51,916 nucleotides of DNA from an uncultured Zetaproteobacteria bacterium (GTDB lineage: Bacteria; Pseudomonadota; Zetaproteobacteria; Mariprofundales; Mariprofundaceae), in contig CAZBEN010000001.1 of assembly GCA_964490955.1 (NCBI GenBank), positions 1 to 51,916 of the forward strand. The letters are read 5' to 3'. Position numbers and translations under genes: made by a program. Positions within the stretch are counted from its first letter, which is position 1. Every line of letters starts with the position of its first letter. The notes beneath the pieces are model-generated. The model saw only the letters and a list, made by a program, of their open reading frames with translations, was not told where the DNA came from and searched no databases. This document shows, piece after piece, positions 19,706 through 31,945 of the stretch.

Positions 19706-20205
19706 GCGGTTTTCACTATCCGGACATTCTGAAAACGGTTGTTTTCCGTATTTACAGACCAGCAGAACATTTCGGTGGCTTTGCCTTCACAGACGCTGAT
19801 AATAGGATAGGCAAAGCCTTCCCAGGCACCACTCAGATCAGTAGGCGAGGGTTTAGCCGGGCAATCCGGATGTGAATGATATACGCCTATGATTTCATTT
19901 TCTGTACCACGCAGTTCGCGGTCAATGGATTGATAGGTGGTCGGGTCAAGCTGGAAACGGTCGGCAGCACGATCAGTATTCAGGTTGGCTACCTGACGAA
20001 TATCATTCACCCACCAGTTTCCATTGTTGATGCAGCCAATCAACAGGCCGCATATTTCCAGCGGATACCCTGTTTCAGCCTCTCGAAAGAGCGAAGCCAT
20101 GGACGATTCTGAAATGTGTATGTGCCCTGGTGCTGCAGCGCTATCAATGGTCGCCAGGTATGCCGAACTGCGGAATCGTTCGGGTTCGAACTTTGATGTT
20201 GTCAA
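19702..20205 (-). CDS. JAB/MPN+ (M67 family) metallopeptidase
   Basis: YPLEICGLL and YHSHPDCPAKPSPTD (E...HxH...S..D JAMM motif); TTG start with GGAGAG RBS. Confidence 0.9.
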   Translation of the reverse strand: MTTSKFEPERFRSSAYLATIDSAAAPGHIHISESSMASLFREAETGYPLEICGLLIGCINNGNWWVNDIRQVANLNTDRAADRFQLDPTTYQSIDRELRGTENEIIGVYHSHPDCPAKPSPTDLSGAWEGFAYPIISVCEGKATEMFCWSVNTENNRFQNVRIVKTA

Positions 20206-20325
20206 ATGTGCTCTCCATTGTAGTGATGCAGGAAAAGTCGAGCGGCAAACCTAGCGCTTACCGGAGACTTGCCAAGTGCGACCATTTGAACATAATAAGG
20301 TGTATATTCAATGGGGGTTTCTAAC

Positions 20326-20748
20326 ATGGACTTAAAACTATTAACTCGCTGTCTGGCAATTGCAATATTTGTTTTCGGTTTGATATCCTGCTCCGAGCCA
20401 AAACCACAGGCGCATGTATCCTTTGTTCAGCCGACAGAGGGGGCGACTGTCGGTACGACATTCAAGGTCGTGATGGCGGTTGAGGGTATGAAGGTGCACA
20501 AGGCTGGCGATATTGTTCCCGGTACCGGGCATTTTCATTTGATTATAGACCAGGGAGAAGATTCATATATCCCGCTTCAGGCAGTGATCGTCAATGATCG
20601 CAGCCACCTGCATTTCGGCAAGGGGCAGACGGAAACCACGTTGCATTTGTTTCCGGGCAAACATACGCTGACCTTGCAGTTCGGTAATGGGCATCATAAA
20701 TCCTACGGGCGCGATCTGAGCCAAACGATTAACGTAACTGTGAAATAG
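20326..20748 (+). CDS. DUF4399-like secreted lipoprotein
   Basis: Lipobox LISC; TGHFHLIID, HFGKGQTE and PGKHTLTLQ. Confidence 0.85.
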   Translation: MDLKLLTRCLAIAIFVFGLISCSEPKPQAHVSFVQPTEGATVGTTFKVVMAVEGMKVHKAGDIVPGTGHFHLIIDQGEDSYIPLQAVIVNDRSHLHFGKGQTETTLHLFPGKHTLTLQFGNGHHKSYGRDLSQTINVTVK

Positions 20749-20759
20749 CCCGCAGCAGG

Positions 20760-20797
20760 CACAAAAAAGGGAAGGCCATGGCCTTCCCTTTTTTGTG
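20760..20797. terminator. Bidirectional intrinsic terminator (perfect 38-bp palindrome)
   Basis: cacaaaaaagggaaggcca/tggccttcccttttttgtg between convergent DUF4399 gene and rpsI. Confidence 0.92.
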
Positions 20798-20809
20798 TAG
20801 TATCGAAAT

Positions 20810-21202
20810 TTAACGCTTCGAGAATTGTGGGGCGCGACGGGCTTTCTTCAGCCCAGCCTTTTTACGTTCAACCTTACGGGCATCGCGGGTCAGGAAACCG
20901 GCCGCTTTCAGTGTCGGGCGCAGACCGGAATCATAGGCCAGCAGTGCGCGAGCCAGACCATGGCGAACGGCACCAGCCTGACCGGAAACGCCACCGCCGA
21001 ATACATTGACGCGAACGTCAATACGACCGGAAAGCTGGGTTTCGTTCAGTGGCAGAAGAGCCTGCTGACGAATAATTTCAACCGGAAAGTAATTTTCCAC
21101 TTCACGGCCATTGACCATGACACGGCCCTGACCGGACTGGATCATAACGCGGGCTACGCTGCGTTTGCGGCGGCCTGTGCCGCGATAAACTGTTTCTGCC
21201 AT
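20810..21202 (-). CDS. rpsI: 30S ribosomal protein S9
   Basis: [16 protein letters not shown] and [11 protein letters not shown]...QFSKR. Confidence 0.98.
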   Translation of the reverse strand: MAETVYRGTGRRKRSVARVMIQSGQGRVMVNGREVENYFPVEIIRQQALLPLNETQLSGRIDVRVNVFGGGVSGQAGAVRHGLARALLAYDSGLRPTLKAAGFLTRDARKVERKKAGLKKARRAPQFSKR

Positions 21203-21212
21203 TGTAATATCC

Positions 21213-21644
21213 TTAATTGAGTTTCATTGCTTCAGGCTGTTGTGCCGTATGCGGGTGATCACCGCCGGCATATACCTTCAGCTTTTTCAGCATGGAGCGA
21301 CCCAGCGGGCCTTTTGGCATCATGCCTTTGACGGCTGCTTCGATGATGCGCTCCGGATGTTTTTCACGCTGCTTTTCCAGCGTAATGCTTTTCAGACCAC
21401 CGGCAAAACGGGTGTGGTGATAGTATACTTTTGCACTTTCTTTATTGCCGGTCACACGAATTTTTTCTGCATTAATAACAATAACATGATCGCCGCAATC
21501 GGTATGCGGGGTGTACTCGGGGCGGTGTTTGCCACGTAATACCGTAGCCACCTGTGTAGCCAGACGGCCAAGCACAAGATCATTGGCATCGACAACAAAC
21601 CATTTACGTTCAATATCGCCGGGGCGAGCAGTCCAGGTAGACAT
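21213..21644 (-). CDS. rplM: 50S ribosomal protein L13
   Basis: WFVVDA...LGRLA...LRGKH..YTPH.DCGD; start MSTWT after GGAG. Confidence 0.98.
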   Translation of the reverse strand: MSTWTARPGDIERKWFVVDANDLVLGRLATQVATVLRGKHRPEYTPHTDCGDHVIVINAEKIRVTGNKESAKVYYHHTRFAGGLKSITLEKQREKHPERIIEAAVKGMMPKGPLGRSMLKKLKVYAGGDHPHTAQQPEAMKLN

Positions 21645-21725
21645 ATAATTCTCCGTATTTGCAGTGGTTCTGGCGTCACTCCCTAATATGCGAATACAGG
21701 GGGGTTTGCCTTGCAAGGGCGGCGC

Positions 21726-21753
21726 ATTATAAGAGTGGTCGGATTGATGTCAA
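21726..21753 (-). promoter_or_regulatory. Sigma-70 promoter of rplM-rpsI
   Basis: Minus strand TTGACA-16 nt-TATAAT followed by GC-rich discriminator gcgccgccc. Confidence 0.85.
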
Positions 21754-21840
21754 TTGCTCTTGCCGGCAAAGTTTGAAAAGTGATGATACATTCAATATCC
21801 AGTGATGGTGTGTCACCTAAATGGCAATGTTTCTTTATAG

Positions 21841-23379
<1,539 letters not shown>

Positions 23380-23550
23380 TGGTTGTACATGAATGAAACA
23401 AACAGCGCGACTGCATGTTTTTTTTTACGGCCGTGACGGTGCTTCATTCCACGTGGTGGAAAAAACCATGCGCATTAAACAGGCATCAGGCTTCCGCCCT
23501 TTGCCCCTGTAAACATAGACATGAAAAGTACCGCAGTGGATGAGGAACGC

Positions 23551-25098
23551 ATGGAAAAGATATTAATTCTGGATTTTGGCTCGCAATACACACAGTTGAT
23601 TGCACGCCGTGTGCGCGAGGCCGAGGTGTATTCCGAGTTGCATCCCTGGGATATGGCGGAAGATGCGATTCGAGCCTTTGAACCTTCCGGTATTATTCTG
23701 TCAGGTGGCCCCAATTCTGTTTATGATGAGGAAACACCAAAAGCACCCGAAATCATATTTGAGCTGGGTGTGCCGGTATTGGGTATCTGTTATGGTATGC
23801 AGGCTATGACGGCACAGCTGGGTGGTACGGTAGAAACAGGTCAGGTACGGGAGTTCGGCTATGCTGAAATTCTGACCTCCGGCGATTCCTCCTTGTTGCG
23901 CGGGATAGAGGACAAGGAAAACGGCGTACTCGATGTCTGGATGAGTCATGGTGACAAAGTGACAGGTTTGCCGGACGGGTTCCATGTGATTTGCAGCAAT
24001 GATTCGACACCGATTGCCGGTATGGCCGATGAGTCACGCCATTATTATGCCTTGCAATTTCACCCCGAAGTTACCCATACTCGGCAGGGCACAGCGATTC
24101 TCTCTCGTTTTGTGCATGAAATCTGCGGTTGTGGTCGGCAGTGGACCATGCCGCACTATATTGATGAAGCGGTAGCCTCTATCCGTCAGCAGGTGGGCGA
24201 TGAAGAGGTCATTCTGGGGCTGTCCGGCGGCGTCGACTCTTCGGTAGCGGCGGCACTGTTGCAGCGGGCCATCGGTGATCAGTTAACCTGTATTTTTGTT
24301 GATAACGGGTTGCTCCGTTTGAATGAGGCGGAACAGGTGATGCAAACCTTTGCCGAAAACCTCGGTGTGAAGGTCGATCATATCGATGCTTCCGAGGTGT
24401 TTTTAAATGAGCTGGCCGGTGTTTCCGATCCGGAAGCCAAGCGCAAAATTATCGGTCGTGAATTTGTACATGTATTCCAGCGCGAAGCGGAAAGAATGCC
24501 CAATGCCAAGTGGTTGGCTCAGGGTACAATTTATCCGGATGTGATCGAATCAGCCGGTTCCAAAACCGGCAAGGCCCATACCATCAAGAGTCACCATAAT
24601 GTCGGCGGTTTGCCGGATACCCTGCATCTGAAATTGTTGGAACCACTGCGTGATTTATTCAAGGATGAGGTGCGTGAACTGGGCGTGGCACTGGGTCTGC
24701 CGCGAGAGATGGTTTATCGACATCCTTTCCCCGGGCCTGGTCTGGGGGTTCGTATTCTCGGGGAAGTCAAAAAAGAATATGCTGATTTGCTACGGTTGGC
24801 TGATGCGATTTTTATTGAGGAACTCGTCGCATCCGGCTGGTATGATAAAACTTCGCAGGCTTTTGTTGTGTTTCTGCCAGTGAAGTCGGTCGGCGTGATG
24901 GGTGACGGGCGTACCTATGAATGGGTAGTGGCTTTGCGTGCAGTGCAGACACAGGATTTTATGACAGCGCACTGGGCCGAATTACCGCATGCATTGCTGG
25001 CAAAAGTATCCAATCGCATTATCAATGAGGTGCGCGGCATCAACCGGGTTGTGTACGATGTCTCGGGCAAGCCGCCTGCAACGATTGAATGGGAATAA
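23551..25098 (+). CDS. guaA: GMP synthase (glutamine-hydrolysing)
   Basis: [28 protein letters not shown] and KPPATIEWE; GAGGA RBS before 23551. Confidence 0.98.
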   Translation: MEKILILDFGSQYTQLIARRVREAEVYSELHPWDMAEDAIRAFEPSGIILSGGPNSVYDEETPKAPEIIFELGVPVLGICYGMQAMTAQLGGTVETGQVREFGYAEILTSGDSSLLRGIEDKENGVLDVWMSHGDKVTGLPDGFHVICSNDSTPIAGMADESRHYYALQFHPEVTHTRQGTAILSRFVHEICGCGRQWTMPHYIDEAVASIRQQVGDEEVILGLSGGVDSSVAAALLQRAIGDQLTCIFVDNGLLRLNEAEQVMQTFAENLGVKVDHIDASEVFLNELAGVSDPEAKRKIIGREFVHVFQREAERMPNAKWLAQGTIYPDVIESAGSKTGKAHTIKSHHNVGGLPDTLHLKLLEPLRDLFKDEVRELGVALGLPREMVYRHPFPGPGLGVRILGEVKKEYADLLRLADAIFIEELVASGWYDKTSQAFVVFLPVKSVGVMGDGRTYEWVVALRAVQTQDFMTAHWAELPHALLAKVSNRIINEVRGINRVVYDVSGKPPATIEWE

Positions 25099-25117
25099 TC
25101 GCATCTGACAAAACTTC

Positions 25118-25126
25118 TGCTATAAT
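25118..25126 (+). promoter_or_regulatory. Extended -10 element upstream of the FKBP gene
   Basis: TGcTATAAT about 30 nt upstream of the start codon. Confidence 0.55.
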
Positions 25127-25156
25127 TGCAGGATTCGAAATAAAAAGGGGAAGAAT

Positions 25157-26044
25157 ATGCACATGAAGAAAACAATGATCGCAGCTGTATGTCTGGCCAT
25201 ACTGGCAGCCTGTTCGCAGCAAGCAGAGGTTAAGAAAGCCAAGCCTGCCGAGTTGCAGCTGAATAACGATAAAGCCAAACTCAGTTATGCTATCGGTATG
25301 GATATCGGCACGTCGCTGAAATCACTCAATGCCGATATGGACCGTGCAGCACTGACTGCGGCGATCAATGATCGCCTTGATGGTAAACCTTTGAAATTGA
25401 ATGACGAGGATGCAGCTAAGGTAAAACAGGCATTTTTCAAGAAACGTGCAGAGGAACAGGCCGCGAAACAGAAAGCTATAGCTGAAAAGAACAAAGTCGA
25501 TGGCGCAGCATTTCTTGCCGAGAACGGTAAGAAGGAAGGCGTGACCACAACCGAGAGTGGTTTGCAGTATGAAGTGATTACACAGGGTGATGGTGCCAAA
25601 CCCAAGGCAACGGATAAGGTCACGGTGAATTATCGTGGAACACTGATTGATGGCACCGAGTTTGATTCATCCTATAAACGTGGCAAGTCGATCACATTCC
25701 CACTCAATGGCGTGATTAAGGGCTGGACTGAAGGCGTGCAACTGATGTCTGTCGGTTCCAAATACAAATTTGTCCTGCCTGCCGATCTCGCCTATGGCTC
25801 GCGTGGAGCCGGCCCGAAAATTGGTCCCGATAGCGTGCTGGTTTTTGAAGTGGAATTACTGGGTATCGGTGAACCTAAGACAACAGATGCAGCCAAACCA
25901 GCCGATACGGCTAAGATTGCAGATGCGATCAAGGCGGCAACAGCAGCCAAGGCAGGAAGCACAGCCAAAGCGGCTGATGCAAGCAAGGCGGCGGCAACAG
26001 CCAAAGCGGCTGATGCAGTCAAGGCAACGACAACAGCAAAATAG
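25157..26044 (+). CDS. fkpA: FKBP-type peptidyl-prolyl isomerase (FkpA/Mip-like lipoprotein) with Ala/Lys/Thr-rich tail
   Basis: Lipobox LAAC, LSYAIG, SGLQYEV, YRGTLIDGTEFDSS, VIKGWTEG and FEVELL. Confidence 0.9.
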   Translation: MHMKKTMIAAVCLAILAACSQQAEVKKAKPAELQLNNDKAKLSYAIGMDIGTSLKSLNADMDRAALTAAINDRLDGKPLKLNDEDAAKVKQAFFKKRAEEQAAKQKAIAEKNKVDGAAFLAENGKKEGVTTTESGLQYEVITQGDGAKPKATDKVTVNYRGTLIDGTEFDSSYKRGKSITFPLNGVIKGWTEGVQLMSVGSKYKFVLPADLAYGSRGAGPKIGPDSVLVFEVELLGIGEPKTTDAAKPADTAKIADAIKAATAAKAGSTAKAADASKAAATAKAADAVKATTTAK

Positions 26045-26083
26045 TACATCTGTATAATATCTGCAGTTGTTATCAACAACGCC

Positions 26084-26120
26084 AACCCCTTCTTCCGGAT
26101 GTTCGGGAGGAGGGGTTTTT
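26084..26120 (+). terminator. Intrinsic terminator after the FKBP gene
   Basis: aacccct-tcttccgg-atgt-tcgggagg-aggggtt followed by ttt. Confidence 0.75.
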
Positions 26121-26144
26121 CATGAATGACTCTGAGAGGTAATC

Positions 26145-26879
26145 ATGTTAAAACAGTACAAGGTATGGGATGCACCGACACGGCTGTTTCATTGGGTCAA
26201 TTTCGTTACGGTCATTCTGCTGATTCTGGTTGGCACACTCATGCTTTATAAGAAGGACCTCGGCATTGTCAGCCTGGATGCCAAGATTGCTATCAAGGAG
26301 CTGCATGTGGTGATTGGCTATGTGTTTGTGCTGAACTTGATGATCCGGTTGGTCTGGGGTTTTATTGGTAATCGCTTTGCCCGCTGGCGTGCAATTCTGC
26401 CGGGCACCGGTTTTGGTAATACTGTCTCGGCTTACATTGCCAGTATCAAACGGGGCGAACCGCAACAGTTTCTGGGTCATAATCCACTGGGCCGACTGGC
26501 AGTGATTTTTCTGATGTTGTTATTGATTTCACAGGCAGTGACCGGTCTGATCCGGGCCGGTACTGATATCTATTATCCGCCGTTCGGTTCGATATTTGCC
26601 GCACAGGTGGCTGCCGAGGGTGTCGATCCGGCAACGATCAAGCCGTATGACAAGACAGGTACGGATGCCACAAAGTACAAGGCGTTGAAAGAATTCAAAC
26701 ATATCTATGGCGAGATTCACTATTACACATTTTTTGCACTGCTGGTAATGATCCTGCTGCATATTTTTGCTGTGGTGCGGGCAGAGATCACAGGGGGCGG
26801 GGGTCTGGTTTCAGCCATGTTTTCCGGCAGGAAAATCTTGTCGAAAGAACCGGAAGATTTGGATGACCGTTCACGCTAA
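26145..26879 (+). CDS. Cytochrome b/b6 domain protein (Ni-hydrogenase cytochrome b family)
   Basis: VWDAPTRLFHW, LHVVIG, GHNPLG, IH...LHI and SAMFSGRK; four TM helices. Confidence 0.88.
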   Translation: MLKQYKVWDAPTRLFHWVNFVTVILLILVGTLMLYKKDLGIVSLDAKIAIKELHVVIGYVFVLNLMIRLVWGFIGNRFARWRAILPGTGFGNTVSAYIASIKRGEPQQFLGHNPLGRLAVIFLMLLLISQAVTGLIRAGTDIYYPPFGSIFAAQVAAEGVDPATIKPYDKTGTDATKYKALKEFKHIYGEIHYYTFFALLVMILLHIFAVVRAEITGGGGLVSAMFSGRKILSKEPEDLDDRSR

Positions 26880-26891
26880 CTTTATCGAGCC

Positions 26892-27098
26892 TCAAATTTT
26901 CACAACATAAGGCAGAGCAACCAAAACAGAACCAACAATCACAAGCAGGAATACATTCGATATAAAATACGGAAAGATAAACAGGGCAATGCCGACTATC
27001 AGGGGAACGGCTGCCCTTTGTTTTTTTCCATAGACAAAGAATCCGAGGCCGATCGCTCCGAACACCATTCCCCAAATGAGTTGCGCCGAGCTTTCCAT
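26892..27098 (-). CDS. Small conserved-looking membrane protein (68 aa)
   Basis: FGAIGLGFFVYGKKQ...FPYF pattern; two or three TM segments. Confidence 0.75.
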   Translation of the reverse strand: MESSAQLIWGMVFGAIGLGFFVYGKKQRAAVPLIVGIALFIFPYFISNVFLLVIVGSVLVALPYVVKI

Positions 27099-27243
27099 TT
27101 AGCCTTGATAGTAATGAAATTGAACACGCATGACTAAACCTCTTTTGCGCTTCGGGAAACGGTTGAATTTAGTCTCCGAAAGGTTGTCCATATCGAACGT
27201 TTCTGCCACGGCATTTACTTGCGCCATCCATAAGACTTAACTG

Positions 27244-30030
27244 TTACCGCACGACCACATCAAAGCAGCGCGGGCACAGTTCATTGTGTGTTTCGTGATC
27301 GGGCTGGGCAGCTTCACCGAAATTCCAGCAGCGCGGGCATTTCACGCCATCTGCAGCTTTGATTGAGATGGCATCACCTGATTCTACCTCGGCGACGATG
27401 AACAGTTGTTCCCAGCTTTCATCCAGCGACTTGGCAAATGATTCCTCCAGATTCGGTACTGTGATGGTGGCTGCAATGGAGGAGCCGACCACTTTATCCT
27501 TTTTGGCTTCATCGAAGGCTGTATTGACCTGTTCACGAATGGCAAAGAAGGATGCCCATGCATTCTCATCAATGTTGATATCAGCAACCGGATGGAAGGT
27601 TTGCAGATGGATAGAGTTTTCGTCCGATCCAGGCAGATATGCCCATGCTTCTTCAGCGGTAAAGGGCAGGACCGGCGCAATCAGATGAATCAGGGTATCG
27701 GCAAGATCGTAGACAGTGGCGCGTGCCGATGCGCGGCGTGCGGAGTGTGCTCCGTCGCAATAAAGACGATCCTTGATGATATCAAGATAGAAACCACCCA
27801 GATCAACCGAACAGAAGTTGTGTATCTCCTGATGAATGCGGTGAAACTGGTAGGTTTCGTTGCAGCTGTGTACATGGCTTTCCAGGCGTGACAGGCGATG
27901 CATGGCCCATTGATCCAGCGGCATACGATCAGCCAGTGGTACAGCATCGCATTCAGGATCGAATCCGTTCAGGTTACCAAGCAGGAAGCGGATTGTGTTG
28001 CGGATACGGCGATAAGCTTCGGCCAGTTGTTTGACGATTTCATCGGAGATGCGGATATCAGCCGAATAATCCGAGGATGCAATCCACAGGCGCAGAATGT
28101 CAGCGCCCATCTGCTGGATGATTTTTTGCGGTGCAATTACATTGCCCTTTGATTTGGACATCTTGTTGCCATTTTTGTCGACCACAAATCCGTGTGTCAG
28201 AACACCTTTGAATGGTGCAACGCCACGTGTGCCGACACTCTCCAGCAGGGAGGACTGGAACCAGCCGCGATGCTGGTCTGACCCTTCCAGATAGAGGTCG
28301 GCGGGGCTGTTAAGGTCATCACGCTGTTCCAGTACGCAGGCATGGGTGCTGCCCGAATCGAACCAGACATCGAGGATGTCAGTTTCTTTTTCAAAATCGG
28401 AACCGCCGCAATCGGGACATGTTACTCCTGTTGGCAGGAAATCGGAGACATCTTTGGCAAACCACACATCGGCACCGTTTTCTTCCACCTGTCTGGCAAT
28501 GGCTTCCACCACCTCAGGCGAAGTAACTTTATGCGAGCCGCAGGCGCAACGGATGACTGTGATCGGTACGCCCCAGTTACGCTGGCGTGATACACACCAG
28601 TCCGGGCGCTGCTCGACCATGGTACGAATACGGTTTTCGCCCCATGCCGGAATCCACTCTGTTTTCCTGATTTCCGCCAATGCCTTGTTGCGCAGGTCGT
28701 TGTTGTCCATGGAGATGAACCATTGCGGTGTGGCACGAAAGATGAGCGGTTTATGGCAGCGCCAGCAGTGCGGATAGGAATGTTTGATCTGGCTGGTCTC
28801 GAGCAGCGCCCCGCAGCTTTGCAGGTGCTCGACCATGATGGCATTGGCCTGATAAACATGTCGCCCTTCGACCACGGGTGTGCCTTCGACAAACACACCG
28901 GTATCTCCAACCGGATTAAAGGCTTTGAGGCCGTATTTCATGCCGATCTCATAATCTTCCTGGCCGTGGCCGGGGGCGGTATGCACTGATCCGGTACCTG
29001 CTTCCAGGGTGACATGATCACCGACCAGAATTGGAGCCTCCTGATCCAGATAGGGATGACGGAAGACACGTTTATCCAGTTGTGCACCATTCACGCGGGC
29101 TACAACGCTTCCCTGCGCTCCAATGGCCGTGAGCACGTCGTCTTTCAAATCCTCAGCCAGAATCAGGATTTCTCCGGATTTCAGATTGCTATTGTCACCG
29201 GCATTGGTGATGCGAATGGCGGCGTATTCGATATTCGGGCCAACCGACACAGCCAGGTTGGCAGGAATTGTCCACGGCGTGGTGGTCCAGATGACAATGG
29301 ACACATCCCCGGACAATTCGGCAGCGATATCAGTCAAATCTTCACCGGCGTTGAATTTTACATAGATGGAATGGGATGTGTGATCATCATACTCCACTTC
29401 GGCTTCTGCCAGCGCCGTAGCACATGAAACGCACCAGTGCACCGGCTTGGCTCCTTTATACAGACCGCCGTTGGCAAGGAACTTGCCGATTTCACGTACT
29501 GTATTGGCTTCGAAACGGTAGTCCATGGTGACATATGGGTTCTCCCAGTCACCGGTAATACCGAGGCGCTTGAATTCTTCACGCTGCACATCGATCTGCC
29601 CTCTGGCATAGTCGCGGCATTCACTGCGGAATTCGGAATCGGAAATATCCTCTTTTTTACGTTTCTTTTTCTTGAATTTCTCTTCGACTTTCAGCTCAAT
29701 GGGCAGGCCGTGGCAATCCCATCCCGGCACATAGGGCGCATCGAAACCCATCATGGTGCGTGAGCGAATGACAATGTCTTTTAACACTTTATTGACAGCA
29801 TGGCCGATATGAATGCTGCCATTGGCATAGGGCGGTCCATCATGCAGTACGAATTTGGGCGCATGCTTGCGTGCCTCACGGATCCGGGCGTAGAGATTGT
29901 TCTCCTCCCACGCGGCCAGTTGTTTCGGTTCATTGTTCGGCAAGTTGCCGCGCATCGGAAAGTCGGTTTTCGGCAGGAAAACGGTTGGCCGATAATCGAA
30001 GGTATCTTTCATTTGGTTGTCGTTGCCCAC
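27244..30030 (-). CDS. ileS: Isoleucine--tRNA ligase
   Basis: [43 protein letters not shown] and C-terminal CPRCW zinc finger; GTG at 30030 follows GGAG (ORF open to 30054). Confidence 0.97.
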   Translation of the reverse strand: MGNDNQMKDTFDYRPTVFLPKTDFPMRGNLPNNEPKQLAAWEENNLYARIREARKHAPKFVLHDGPPYANGSIHIGHAVNKVLKDIVIRSRTMMGFDAPYVPGWDCHGLPIELKVEEKFKKKKRKKEDISDSEFRSECRDYARGQIDVQREEFKRLGITGDWENPYVTMDYRFEANTVREIGKFLANGGLYKGAKPVHWCVSCATALAEAEVEYDDHTSHSIYVKFNAGEDLTDIAAELSGDVSIVIWTTTPWTIPANLAVSVGPNIEYAAIRITNAGDNSNLKSGEILILAEDLKDDVLTAIGAQGSVVARVNGAQLDKRVFRHPYLDQEAPILVGDHVTLEAGTGSVHTAPGHGQEDYEIGMKYGLKAFNPVGDTGVFVEGTPVVEGRHVYQANAIMVEHLQSCGALLETSQIKHSYPHCWRCHKPLIFRATPQWFISMDNNDLRNKALAEIRKTEWIPAWGENRIRTMVEQRPDWCVSRQRNWGVPITVIRCACGSHKVTSPEVVEAIARQVEENGADVWFAKDVSDFLPTGVTCPDCGGSDFEKETDILDVWFDSGSTHACVLEQRDDLNSPADLYLEGSDQHRGWFQSSLLESVGTRGVAPFKGVLTHGFVVDKNGNKMSKSKGNVIAPQKIIQQMGADILRLWIASSDYSADIRISDEIVKQLAEAYRRIRNTIRFLLGNLNGFDPECDAVPLADRMPLDQWAMHRLSRLESHVHSCNETYQFHRIHQEIHNFCSVDLGGFYLDIIKDRLYCDGAHSARRASARATVYDLADTLIHLIAPVLPFTAEEAWAYLPGSDENSIHLQTFHPVADINIDENAWASFFAIREQVNTAFDEAKKDKVVGSSIAATITVPNLEESFAKSLDESWEQLFIVAEVESGDAISIKAADGVKCPRCWNFGEAAQPDHETHNELCPRCFDVVVR

Positions 30031-30219
30031 TATATGCTCCACTCGTTCATTCAAAGGCCGCGGATAATATGCAAATCAATTGCTTTTGTCTCAGATGAAA
30101 TGTGACTGCATGACATCATGCATCGGATTGATTTATGATAAGAGCTGGTTTTAGAGGTGATTCATACTAACAATATAAGAAGTGCTTTGTTAAAAAACAG
30201 GTTGTAGACGCGTAGGGTA

Positions 30220-31143
30220 TCAGGAAAGAATTTCTCTTGCTCCCTTGCAGTCCCGGGCAATCTGTTCAGCCAGATCATCATGGCCTGTGAATTTGCGGTC
30301 TTCCCGGATGCGTTGTACAAAAGAGACACTCAGGCATTGATCATAGACGTCCGGGGTATCATCCAGCAGATGCGTTTCCAGTAGCAGGGTTCGACCGTTG
30401 AAAGTGGGGCGGTAGCCCAGATAGGCAGCACCATTCCACTTTCCGGTTTCAGATTTGGCACGCACGGCGTAAATACCAACAGGCGGGTGGGCCAGATCGG
30501 CCACATCAATATTAGCCGTCGGAAAGTTCATCTGACGGCCGCGTTTTTCACCATGTAATACCTTGCCGGCAATCGAGTAATTCCGGCCCAGCAATGTGGT
30601 CGCTAACCTGAAATCAGCGGCTTCAACTGCTGAACGGATACGGGAAGATGAAACCACAGCTCCCATCATTTCAAAGGCAGCAGCTTCAGTGACAGTGAAG
30701 CCTCTGGTGTCGCCAAGCGTACGCAGGTTATCAACATGGCCTTCACGATCATGGCCGAAGGCAAAATCGTAACCGACATGGATATGTTTGAAGCTGAAGG
30801 TGTCATGCAACAAACATGAAAATTTATTAGCCGACCAGCTGGCCAGTTCCATGTTGAACTCCAGCAGTAATACAGCATCAACACCAGCTGCTTTCAGATA
30901 CTGCATTTTCTCCTGAACATGACAGAGGCGGCGCGGGGCTTCCTCGGGGAACAGTACAGCCCGCGGATGCGGTTCGAAAGTAACTACAATCGTTGGGCCA
31001 CCTACTGCCTGAGCATGGCCGTGTGTTTCAGCCAGAACCTGCTCATGGCCCATATGTACGCCATCAAAATTACCAACAGTGATGGCACCGCCCTTGAGTT
31101 CTGATATCTCTGCAGCTTCCTGCCATGAATCGATGATTTGCAT
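30220..31143 (-). CDS. ribF: Bifunctional riboflavin kinase/FAD synthetase
   Basis: GNFDGVHMGH, TFEPHP, VSSSRIR, FPTAN and ETHLL; start MQIID. Confidence 0.96.
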   Translation of the reverse strand: MQIIDSWQEAAEISELKGGAITVGNFDGVHMGHEQVLAETHGHAQAVGGPTIVVTFEPHPRAVLFPEEAPRRLCHVQEKMQYLKAAGVDAVLLLEFNMELASWSANKFSCLLHDTFSFKHIHVGYDFAFGHDREGHVDNLRTLGDTRGFTVTEAAAFEMMGAVVSSSRIRSAVEAADFRLATTLLGRNYSIAGKVLHGEKRGRQMNFPTANIDVADLAHPPVGIYAVRAKSETGKWNGAAYLGYRPTFNGRTLLLETHLLDDTPDVYDQCLSVSFVQRIREDRKFTGHDDLAEQIARDCKGAREILS

Positions 31144-31288
31144 GCTGCGCAGGCTACAACTTCTCCAATTTTCATTCACGCACCAATATGTTGTTTCGAA
31201 CAGAGAAAATACCCGGTATGGAAATTTAAGGTGCCAGTTTCCAGCGATGCTTTCCTGCACGTCATTTTACGTTCTTTGTAGTGAAAAA

Positions 31289-31930
31289 CTATCCGATAGC
31301 ACTGGTTTTTTCCGGCCAGTGACATTCGGCTGCGACAGGGCACTGGTGGCATTTGGGTTTGCGTGCTGTGCAGATATAGCGACCATGCAGAATCAGCCAG
31401 TGATGGGCATGCTGCATGAATTCCTTAGGAATGACTTTCAGTAATCCTTTTTCTACATCCAGAGGGGTCTTTCCGGGGGCCAGACCAGTGCGGTTGCCGA
31501 GTCGGAAGATATGCGTATCTACTGCCATAGTCGGCTCACCGAACAAGACGTTAAGCACAACATTGGCCGTTTTTCGACCTACACCGGGCAATGCCTCCAA
31601 TGCTTTTCGCGTACGGGGTACTGCATTGTTATGTTTGCTAACCAGTATTTCACAAGTGCCGATAAGGTGTTTTGCCTTGCCGTTATAAAGTCCGAGCGAG
31701 GAGATGTACGTTTTCAGCTTCTCCTCGCCCAGCTTAAGAATTGTCTCAGGTGTGTTGGCAACAGGATAGAGTCTGGCAGTGGCCTTGTTGACACCAGTAT
31801 CGGTAGATTGGGCTGACAGCATGACAGCGGCCAACAGTTCGAATTCATTACTGTAATTCAGTTCGGTGACTGGCTTCGGATTGGCGGCCTGCAGGTGTTC
31901 AAAAAAACGCCGAATTTCTACGGCGGTCAT
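31289..31930 (-). CDS. nth: Endonuclease III
   Basis: LSAQSTD, LPGVGRKTANVV, VDTH and C-x6-C-x2-C-x5-C 4Fe-4S motif. Confidence 0.97.
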   Translation of the reverse strand: MTAVEIRRFFEHLQAANPKPVTELNYSNEFELLAAVMLSAQSTDTGVNKATARLYPVANTPETILKLGEEKLKTYISSLGLYNGKAKHLIGTCEILVSKHNNAVPRTRKALEALPGVGRKTANVVLNVLFGEPTMAVDTHIFRLGNRTGLAPGKTPLDVEKGLLKVIPKEFMQHAHHWLILHGRYICTARKPKCHQCPVAAECHWPEKTSAIG

Positions 31931-31945
31931 GGATGCAGACAAGAT

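Noticed and set aside
19702-20205. CBASS or other ubiquitin-like defence system around the JAB gene
   Set aside because: No CD-NTase, E1/E2 or effector gene nearby; all neighbours are housekeeping.
20760-20797. Perfect 38-bp palindrome as a mobile-element or recombination site
   Set aside because: Fully explained as a bidirectional terminator between convergent genes.
23414-23472. Purine riboswitch or attenuator between guaB and guaA
   Set aside because: Only an imperfect gcatg-T-run / A-run-catgc pairing; no purine riboswitch core recognised.
30107-30122. Palindrome tgcatga-ca-tcatgca upstream of ileS as T-box or operator
   Set aside because: 7-bp arms can arise by chance, and no T-box motif is present.
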